From Nostoc punctiforme PCC 73102 (GTDB taxonomy: Bacteria > Cyanobacteriota > Cyanobacteriia > Cyanobacteriales > Nostocaceae), in contig NC_010628.1 in the NCBI RefSeq assembly GCF_000020025.1, positions 1,530,001 to 1,562,000 of the forward strand: 32,000 nucleotides of DNA, in the 5' to 3' direction. Under the pieces are notes generated by a model. It made no database searches. It was not told the DNA's origin and was given only the letters and a program-made list of their open reading frames with translations. Numbering within the stretch: position 1 is the stretch's first letter; each line of letters begins with the position of its first letter. A program made the position numbers and the translations under genes. Below, in pieces: positions 25,132 through 32,000 of the stretch.

Positions 25132-26466
25132 CTAGTTATGCATAAAACTAGAGTCTAAATTTAAATTGCAAATGTCAAAAATATAAGACATAACATTGTT
25201 TACAAGAAGATCCATAGTACCCTGACTGATTGAAGGTTGAGAAAAAACAAAATTTAACAGCATTTTTCCTTGAAAAGTTGAGGCGTGGATAACAAAAACA
25301 CCTGCATACAAAGCGTGGGAACCAGCGAAACTGATTTCTTCTAGTTCAAATTCACCGTAATATTTGGGTATATTTACTTTGCCAACATTAGAAACAGACA
25401 CTGTGGCAGCTACTTGCTTGGGATAGATAAAACAAAAATCTATGAGATGCTTGGCAATCAAAATCATTTTAAAGAGATCGCCGGATTTTTTACTAACTTC
25501 AAGTTTTTGTTTCACCTCACGGGCTAATTCCCAAAAAGACGTGTTTCTCCCTATAGTATGAAATTCCATAATAGAGGAGGCTAATACAGCCATCTGATCA
25601 TCACTGATTGCTGGTTCTAGGTGTCTCCTCAAATCAAAATATGATAGGCAGTTTACTCGTGCATTTTTGCTATTATCTTTAATTATTTTTCTCCCTATTG
25701 TAAACATCAGTACAGCACACAAAGCACTATGTACTGTTGTATTTTCTTGCCGACAATGATTTACAAATTTTTGGGTTAAGTCTTCGTCAAGTTGTCTGTG
25801 GATAATATTGCAACTACGCTTTTCAATAGATACGTACTTTTCAAAACCTAATGTTTTTGGTCGATTCCAGATTTTTTGTAACCCAAGCTGCAACAAGAAG
25901 ATAATGCTATTTATCCTACCTCTAAATCCCTTAGTCCATTTGGGCATTAGTTCTTCGATAGGTGGAAGTGGAGTTAAGCTAATAACTGGATTAATTGGTT
26001 TGCCAGATACAATTTTTTGACAACAAGTCAAGATTTCTGAGTGAAGTTGGATGGATGACAAACCATCTGCGATCGCATGGTGTATTGTTGTAATTAGGTA
26101 ACTTACATGCTGATCGCCCAAAAGATGAATAAGAACAACTCGCAGTAAACCTTTGCTACTATCAATTCCGTTGTTCATCTCTTCATCAACCACTTCTTGC
26201 CACTGCTCATTGTCTAACTTTTTGACAACGCGTAAAGCAATATTTGCTATTTCTTGACTTTGAAAGATAAGACTATTTTTATCTCCAGTAATTTTAGAAT
26301 TTAGACGAGGGTGGCGACATTGGATTACGTCTAAAGCCTGTGTCAGAGTTTCTTCGCAGATATAGCCATTGATGCGACTAATAGTTACTATGTTCCAGGT
26401 TTTAGCACGGCTATTTAAGATTTCCATAGCTTGCTCAAGGTGTCCCAGCTTTCTGTTGTAAATCAT
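25132..26466 (-). CDS. Stand-alone condensation-domain-family acyltransferase (HHxxxDG)
   Basis: 444 aa. Active-site motif TTIHHAIADGLS about 130 aa from the N-terminus. Size and layout resemble free C domains and PapA5/WS-DGAT-like enzymes. Confidence 0.8.
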   Translation of the reverse strand: MIYNRKLGHLEQAMEILNSRAKTWNIVTISRINGYICEETLTQALDVIQCRHPRLNSKITGDKNSLIFQSQEIANIALRVVKKLDNEQWQEVVDEEMNNGIDSSKGLLRVVLIHLLGDQHVSYLITTIHHAIADGLSSIQLHSEILTCCQKIVSGKPINPVISLTPLPPIEELMPKWTKGFRGRINSIIFLLQLGLQKIWNRPKTLGFEKYVSIEKRSCNIIHRQLDEDLTQKFVNHCRQENTTVHSALCAVLMFTIGRKIIKDNSKNARVNCLSYFDLRRHLEPAISDDQMAVLASSIMEFHTIGRNTSFWELAREVKQKLEVSKKSGDLFKMILIAKHLIDFCFIYPKQVAATVSVSNVGKVNIPKYYGEFELEEISFAGSHALYAGVFVIHASTFQGKMLLNFVFSQPSISQGTMDLLVNNVMSYIFDICNLNLDSSFMHN

Positions 26467-26648
26467 ATTTACTTTTGGTTCCCTCTAATGATTGATTATT
26501 TGCAAGCTTAATTCTTGATTTAGGTTGTAATTATTGTTCGATAACCTGTAAAATCTTTTGAGTAAGCCTTGCTAAAAACCTGGATATATTCATAGTTTCA
26601 AACTATCAAAATCTTTTTCTATAAGCTGTTCGTGAACAGCTTTGATGT

Positions 26649-26954
26649 TCAAATCTCAAAAATCTCTGACTGCGAAGCTTTGGATTCTTCCGCTAAACGC
26701 TGGGATAACGTTTCAATAGTGGGGTAATGCCACAATAAAATTGGAGATAGCTCAAAACCAAACAACTTCTCGGCTTTGCTAACAAGAAACATTGCCTGGG
26801 CTGACTCTAAACCGTAGCTGTCTAAAGGTTGACTAACATCTATATCCTTGGATTCAACTCCTAGCTGCTCTGCAATATGAGATACTAACCAAGCTTGAAT
26901 TTCTTCTGCGGTATAAGACTGCTTTTTAGTTGTCTCAGGAGTAGACTGACTCAT
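26649..26954 (-). CDS. Discrete acyl/peptidyl carrier protein
   Basis: 101 aa. [70 protein letters not shown] fits the PKS-type ACP pattern. The phosphopantetheine Ser lies in GLES, a variant of GLDS. Confidence 0.85.
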   Translation of the reverse strand: MSQSTPETTKKQSYTAEEIQAWLVSHIAEQLGVESKDIDVSQPLDSYGLESAQAMFLVSKAEKLFGFELSPILLWHYPTIETLSQRLAEESKASQSEIFEI

Positions 26955-27163
26955 TTACACACCTCTGAAGTGAAAGGAATAAGATATATGGCATTCCTAA
27001 ATAGGATATGAACAGGCTATAATTTTTGTTCACAGCTTAGATAGGATTGCTGTACTGGCTAAAATTTTGAAAAGTTTAAGGTAGGAGATATTAGAAAAAA
27101 GTTTTACTTTTGCTACTGCTGCATATCTCCTAAGCGCATATCGAGCTACGTGACATTTATCAA

Positions 27164-27463
27164 TTAATCAGCCACCCGAATGCGAATATCACCCTGCACT
27201 ACGCATTGACAGGCTAGGCGAACATTGGGATTATCTGGAGCCAACACATCAAGTAAAATCTGCTCTTCATCCATCACAGGAGTTAGATTTTCTATCCCAC
27301 TCACAACTTCTATAAGACAGGTTCCGCAAGCAACACAACGACAACCAAATAAAATTGAACTAGGATGTTCATCACAAATCTTAGTTAAGCGTTGGTTTGC
27401 TTCGACTTGAAGTGTTTTTTGGTCGTCTTCAAAATGAATAGATACTATCATTTTTAAACTCAC
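27164..27463 (-). CDS. Plant-type 2Fe-2S ferredoxin
   Basis: 99 aa. Cluster ligands are C41-x4-C46-x2-C49 (GCRCVACGTC) plus C84 (RLACQC), which is the canonical spacing. Confidence 0.85.
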   Translation of the reverse strand: MSLKMIVSIHFEDDQKTLQVEANQRLTKICDEHPSSILFGCRCVACGTCLIEVVSGIENLTPVMDEEQILLDVLAPDNPNVRLACQCVVQGDIRIRVAD

Positions 27464-27500
27464 TAGTGTCAGGAAAGAGGGTTAGCAGATTTAGCAACCC

Positions 27501-28799
27501 TTAGGCTACTTCAACAACTTTTTGAATTTCCTTAATTGCCAAAGCATCCTTGTAACGCTCATAGCGATTACCTAGCTTACTTGTATTTAACTCCAATCCC
27601 AATGCCTTTATCAGACGCTCTAGCTGCTGAGATTTGTATTGCCAACTCTTTTGTTCCATGTAACCAATTATATTGCGCCACTTTGAACTCACCTGTCTCC
27701 AAGAATTAACTAATTGATTTATATCCGCTTGCTTATCAGCTAATTCAGGATGGTGCAGAGACATACTTAGTGAGTTCAGCCCAACTCTAATATCAGTTAG
27801 CATGATTCCTTGCACAGTGAGGTCTAATTTCTCCAAATAAGTAGTGTAACTAGCACTAATATAGTCTTCCACAATTAGCTGCATGAAATATCGAACGAAA
27901 TCCTGAGCCTCTGGAGGAGCTACCCTATACAGTTCTACTCCTAAATCAAAAGATGTTGTGTAATGACGTGCTTCATCTGTTAAGTGGCCTTGATTCAATT
28001 CAAAAGCTAATGGTTCATAATCAAACTTTTCAGGTGAATCAAATAAATAGGCTTCGCTTTTTTTTAACTCCACGTTAGCCATGTACCGATACAGCAGAGT
28101 TAAGCTACCCAAGCCATTTTCTTGAACTTTTTCGGCGGGTAGCATCCTCATGGCATCCCCAATCATAAACCTTAAATTTCGATATGTAAAATTTTGGCCT
28201 CGTTGCTGCGTCTGTTCTACAATCTTTTTAAGAAAGCTTTTCCCCTTTTGAAGATTCAACAGAGTTTCATTTAAATCTTCATCAAAAGTAAAACGGGTAT
28301 CGAAGTTTTCAAAATCTGATTGAGGTATTGCACCAACAGAACCATAGAAAAAACCAGGCTCATCAAAGGAGCTTTGAATTCCTATTTCTCGGCAGACCAT
28401 ACTATATACGGTTCTAAAAGACCAAATATGATCCATTTCTTCATTAGTTTCCTGGTGAAGAATCATAAATTCGTCCGAGTAGGAAGCAAAAACTTTTTCA
28501 GCAATACTCATATTGGATATAAGAGACTGATATTCGCTATTGGCAACATACTTGTAGAAGTTAGCAAAAAATGTCGCAGATAAAATTGACATTTGACGAG
28601 CATTAAAAGAAAATAAATACTCACAAATAGGTATGGGTAAGGGTAGCATTCCTGGATGAGAGTAAAGTTTTTCTCCTTTAATTCCCTGCTTGCTCATAGC
28701 TATAGCAACAGTTTTTAATTCTAAAGGCTGAGTATGTGCCTGCTCGAAAAGCTTATTTTGAATCTTGGGAATTCGGTTATCAATTTTAACAGTATTCAT
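27501..28799 (-). CDS. Ferritin-like diiron-carboxylate enzyme (AurF/CylC-like superfamily; oxygenase, desaturase or halogenase)
   Basis: 432 aa, predicted helical. Two ExxH motifs about 160 aa apart (NEEMDHIW and TDEARHYT), each preceded by a candidate carboxylate-bearing helix (ANSEYQSL; ANVELKKSE). Sits 14 nt downstream of the PfaD-type gene and 37 nt upstream of the ferredoxin gene. Confidence 0.65.
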   Translation of the reverse strand: MNTVKIDNRIPKIQNKLFEQAHTQPLELKTVAIAMSKQGIKGEKLYSHPGMLPLPIPICEYLFSFNARQMSILSATFFANFYKYVANSEYQSLISNMSIAEKVFASYSDEFMILHQETNEEMDHIWSFRTVYSMVCREIGIQSSFDEPGFFYGSVGAIPQSDFENFDTRFTFDEDLNETLLNLQKGKSFLKKIVEQTQQRGQNFTYRNLRFMIGDAMRMLPAEKVQENGLGSLTLLYRYMANVELKKSEAYLFDSPEKFDYEPLAFELNQGHLTDEARHYTTSFDLGVELYRVAPPEAQDFVRYFMQLIVEDYISASYTTYLEKLDLTVQGIMLTDIRVGLNSLSMSLHHPELADKQADINQLVNSWRQVSSKWRNIIGYMEQKSWQYKSQQLERLIKALGLELNTSKLGNRYERYKDALAIKEIQKVVEVA

Positions 28800-28813
28800 C
28801 TGATTTTCCTCCT

Positions 28814-30475
28814 TTAATTAAAAGTAACTGGACGATATTCGCTGTAATAAGCGGGCATTTGTAAGCCCTGAACTTTTAAACTTTGTATCCGGTATAAAAA
28901 TGCTGCTCCGGTCATAATATGGTTAGCAACATCAACTACCTGACGATTATTTGATTCAGATAAGTAAGAACCTCTAACCCAGTCATTGAAACTGCCCATA
29001 GCAGGGCCACACCAGATTTGATAATCCATTTCTCTGCCTTTTTCACCAAAGTTAGACCAACGGGATGATAATCCAAGATACCAGCGAAAAATTAAAGCCA
29101 TCTTCAGTTTGGGATTATTAACAGCCTTGGCCAATTTATCAGGATTGCGTTGAGATAAATAAGTAACTGTCTCTTGCCACACTGCATCCAAGCTCTTTTT
29201 CAAAACTTGTTTTTCTAATTTATCTCTTTCCACTAAGGGAATATCTTCAATTGAGTCATAGTTTTTGTATAGTTCAAACATTTTTTGGGCTCGTAAAGGA
29301 AAGAGAGTTCCTCTTTTGAGTACTTGGAGTTTTACCCCCATTTCAAACATATCTGCTGCCGGAGCCATCATCACATCAGCCATCTCGGCTTGAGCCAATA
29401 ATTGTTTAGTATGTTGAGAAGTTCCGGCTTCAATGCAAGACTGGTTAATCGAGCCTGTTACAACATAAGCAGCACCCATCATAAAGGCAGCTAATGCTGA
29501 TTGTGGCGTAGCAATTCCTCCTGCTACTCCGACTCTGACAGGTTTTTCATAAGAAAATTTCCTTTGAATTTCATCTCTCAATTCTAAGATGGAAGGTAAG
29601 AGACAAACTAGAGGACGATTATCTGTATGACCACCAGAATCTGCTTCGGCAGTAATATCGTCAGCTACAGGAATTTTTTCAGCTAGAGTTGCTTGTAATT
29701 CACTGATAAGACCTTGCTCAACTAATTGCTTCAAAATTTTTGTTGGAGCAGGTTGCAGAAATTTGATTGCAACTTCTCTCCGAGAAACTTTGGCTATAAT
29801 TTTATTTTTGATTTCGATTTTATTGTCCGCATTCAAACTAAGTCCAGCAGCGCGGTAGTAAACAATGTTGTCAGTCAAATCGAGGAAGGCGGAAGCTTCT
29901 ATTGTTCTCACCTGATATTTAAGATACAAATCAACAACACCGCGTTCAATAGCAGGCTCACTAGGACTGTGGAGTAAGTTAAATGCGTAAGGTCCTTCGG
30001 GTAAAGCTTGCTGAATACGCTTAATGGCTGCTTCGACCCGAGCAGGAGATAAGCCACCAGCACCAAATGAACTTAAAATTTTCTCTTTGCCAAGGGCAAT
30101 TACCAGTTCTTCAGAAGCAATCCCTTGAGCCATTGCGCCCGTGGCATAAGCGTATTTTACACCATGAAATTTGAGAAAAGTTGAATCGCCTAATTGCCGA
30201 GTTGACAGAGGTGGAGTAGATACTAATATTTCTGCCTGTCCTGTTTTTCCTTGGTTGCAAGGATATAGATAACCTTCGTTAGTTGCACCAACTTTTCCTT
30301 CAACTCTAATAATATAACAAGGCTTTTCTAAATTTAGAAGCTTAGATTTTATGCCTTTTTCGTTAAAAGATACAAAATCTAAAATACCTTGCCAAACTTG
30401 ATTTTGTTGGGAAATATAGTCTGAAATTTTTAGGTAGTTACCATTGTTATTTAGTATATTATCTGCACCAATCAT
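28814..30475 (-). CDS. PfaD-family trans-acting enoyl reductase (nitronate-monooxygenase fold)
   Basis: 553 aa. Characteristic PfaD blocks: FHGVKYAYATGAMAQGIASEELVIALGKEKILSSFGAGGL, AFNLLHSP, SGGHTDNRP, and the C-terminal extension WYLGLSSRWS. Confidence 0.85.
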   Translation of the reverse strand: MIGADNILNNNGNYLKISDYISQQNQVWQGILDFVSFNEKGIKSKLLNLEKPCYIIRVEGKVGATNEGYLYPCNQGKTGQAEILVSTPPLSTRQLGDSTFLKFHGVKYAYATGAMAQGIASEELVIALGKEKILSSFGAGGLSPARVEAAIKRIQQALPEGPYAFNLLHSPSEPAIERGVVDLYLKYQVRTIEASAFLDLTDNIVYYRAAGLSLNADNKIEIKNKIIAKVSRREVAIKFLQPAPTKILKQLVEQGLISELQATLAEKIPVADDITAEADSGGHTDNRPLVCLLPSILELRDEIQRKFSYEKPVRVGVAGGIATPQSALAAFMMGAAYVVTGSINQSCIEAGTSQHTKQLLAQAEMADVMMAPAADMFEMGVKLQVLKRGTLFPLRAQKMFELYKNYDSIEDIPLVERDKLEKQVLKKSLDAVWQETVTYLSQRNPDKLAKAVNNPKLKMALIFRWYLGLSSRWSNFGEKGREMDYQIWCGPAMGSFNDWVRGSYLSESNNRQVVDVANHIMTGAAFLYRIQSLKVQGLQMPAYYSEYRPVTFN

Positions 30476-30571
30476 CTTTTTTAACCTCCAGTTCCAGAAA
30501 ATTGTTTACCAGATAATGTTTGAAGAATTTACAGCAGATTTTATACTGATTACCTGTGAGGTTGCTCTAGA

Positions 30572-30593
30572 ACAAGGGGCTTAAGCCCCTTGT
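30572..30593. other. Perfect GC-rich palindrome/hairpin between the PKS-like gene and the pfaD-like gene
   Basis: ACAAGGGGC TTAA GCCCCTTGT, a 9-bp stem with a 4-nt loop, about 70 nt downstream of the PKS-like stop. No U-run follows on the transcribed strand. Confidence 0.5.
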
Positions 30594-30660
30594 CTTACTA
30601 AACTTGATTGTGTACCAATTATTTATTCAAATAATCTGGTTACTTTGCTGCTTTAAATGA

Positions 30661-32000
30661 TTATGATTCAAATAACTTTTGATAACAAGCTATTTGCAAC
30701 TGAATGATGACGCTAATTTGCTTTAGTGACTCCTGTCGTGCTTGTAAAAAGACAGCATGAGCTTTGGTCATCCTGGAAGCGTTCTCACTCAGCTTTTGAT
30801 AGTAAGGACTGTGTAAATTGAGCAAATTGGTTTCGTCAACAATGCTGGATGTTTTCAAACTAGGGGTCAAAGCGAATTGATTATTTTCCTGTTCTGTTAC
30901 CAAATTTTCGTTAATTTGTAATTTTTCTACACTTTCATTGCGTTCTTGTAACAATAACTGAGTAGGTTGGCTGCTATTTTGAAAGTTAACTTGCTCTTGG
31001 AGACTTTCTAGATTTCTAGAGGTGTTTTCAAGACTTTTGGTAGGATTAGAGAGCAAAGAAGAATTCATTTTTGGAAATTCCTTTAATTCTGATAGTTGAG
31101 ATTGCTGCTGATTAACAGTTTTGATGGGATATCTAAAAGAGATATCTTGAAGGATTTCTTGATTTTTTTTATTCAAAGATGTGTAACTAATCTTGGTATT
31201 GTCCAAGGTTATAGTTTTCACACTAGGTTGGCTTTGGTTGAAAATTTCTGGCTCTTGAGAATATAGTGGTGATAAATCCAGATCAACTCTGTGGCTGAGG
31301 AGTTTGGCTAAAGCTTTGATAATAGAAGCATGATCGTCTACACCTCTTTTATTAAGAGACACTGTGATGTGTTCTTTTGCATTAAGGGTTTTATCAATCC
31401 ATCTAGAACAGTTACTACCAGCACCTACTTCGAGGAATATTTTGAAGCCATCTTCATAGACGCGATTAATTAGCTGAGGAAAATTAAGCTGTTGACAGAG
31501 ATTTTGAGCAATATTGTGAGCAATAGAATGGCTATCAAGGTCAATGGGTTTATACTCAGCTGCGGAATAGAAAATAGTCTCTGGGATGTTTCGGCTAGGT
31601 AATGTATTTAATCTCACAAGTTCATCGTACTCAGAGCGCATTGCCTCGCAATGAATTACATGGGTGAAGGGAGCAGAAAAAGCATTACAATTTAGGCTAG
31701 CGATAACTCGCTGACAGGCTTGGATTTCACCAGCGATCGCAACTTCTTCTGTAGTGTTAATTAAAGGCAAATAGACGCGGTTTTCATATTTGATAGTTTC
31801 CTGAACGCGGGATACTGGACACATGAGAATATAATTGCGCCAAAAATCTTCGCCTTGTTGATTCTGCTCTTGAGGTAATCCCCAATACTCGCGCACAGCA
31901 TTTTTTTCACCAGATAGCCTTGTCTTCAGCAGAGATGATGAGTTAAAGCCCTCGCTACCTTCTTGAAACTGAGTCCAGACACCCTGAGCCAACATCATAC
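30661..32000 (-). CDS. C-terminal part of a PUFA-synthase/PKS-like multidomain protein: PfaB-type acyltransferase half-domain plus a Q/N/S-rich tail. The gene continues past the right edge.
   Basis: The frame is open to position 32000. The first approximately 255 aa in the window resemble the C-terminal half of an AT domain (…AIAGEIQACQRVIASL…SAPFTHVIHCEAM…FLEVGAGSNCSRWI…). The last approximately 190 aa are low complexity, ending AHAVFLQARQESLKQISVIIQLQIACYQKLFES. Confidence 0.7.
   Translation of the reverse strand, partial: MMLAQGVWTQFQEGSEGFNSSSLLKTRLSGEKNAVREYWGLPQEQNQQGEDFWRNYILMCPVSRVQETIKYENRVYLPLINTTEEVAIAGEIQACQRVIASLNCNAFSAPFTHVIHCEAMRSEYDELVRLNTLPSRNIPETIFYSAAEYKPIDLDSHSIAHNIAQNLCQQLNFPQLINRVYEDGFKIFLEVGAGSNCSRWIDKTLNAKEHITVSLNKRGVDDHASIIKALAKLLSHRVDLDLSPLYSQEPEIFNQSQPSVKTITLDNTKISYTSLNKKNQEILQDISFRYPIKTVNQQQSQLSELKEFPKMNSSLLSNPTKSLENTSRNLESLQEQVNFQNSSQPTQLLLQERNESVEKLQINENLVTEQENNQFALTPSLKTSSIVDETNLLNLHSPYYQKLSENASRMTKAHAVFLQARQESLKQISVIIQLQIACYQKLFES

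Overview
The window looks like chromosome from a filamentous, Nostoc-type cyanobacterium: it has many HIP1 GCGATCGC sites and STRR-like heptamer arrays. It has four parts.

1. **1-9292, minus strand.** The core of the scytonemin sunscreen cluster, scyA-B-C-D-E-F, followed by the start of the downstream glycosyltransferase. This is a well-described system.

2. **9293-14157.** A 1.8 kb AT-rich divergent control region carrying several local repeat families. It is followed by a soluble multi-PAS histidine kinase and a REC-AraC response regulator, the pair known to sit next to scyA in Nostoc punctiforme.

3. **14295-18721.** An orphan AAA ATPase, then a gene-decay zone. An intact IS630-family element with TA target duplication and an A_AAA_AAG -1 frameshift site splits an argJ paralogue. 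A histidine-kinase C-terminal remnant follows.

4. **19256-32000, all minus strand.** This is the most interesting part: a collinear orphan lipid/polyketide cluster that runs off the right edge. It encodes:
   - the C-terminus of a PUFA-synthase/PKS-like protein (AT domain plus a Q/N/S-rich tail)
   - a PfaD-type trans enoyl reductase
   - a ferritin-like diiron enzyme with two ExxH motifs
   - a 2Fe-2S ferredoxin
   - a free ACP
   - a free HHxxxDG condensation-type acyltransferase
   - a 625-aa protein with a TubC-type N-terminal docking domain fused to about 560 aa I cannot place in any family
   - a decayed SDR fragment
   - a GT4 glycosyltransferase
   - a cyclic-peptide-type ABC exporter

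I know of no characterised pathway with this gene set. All calls come from reading the supplied translations and the raw sequence; no database search was run.
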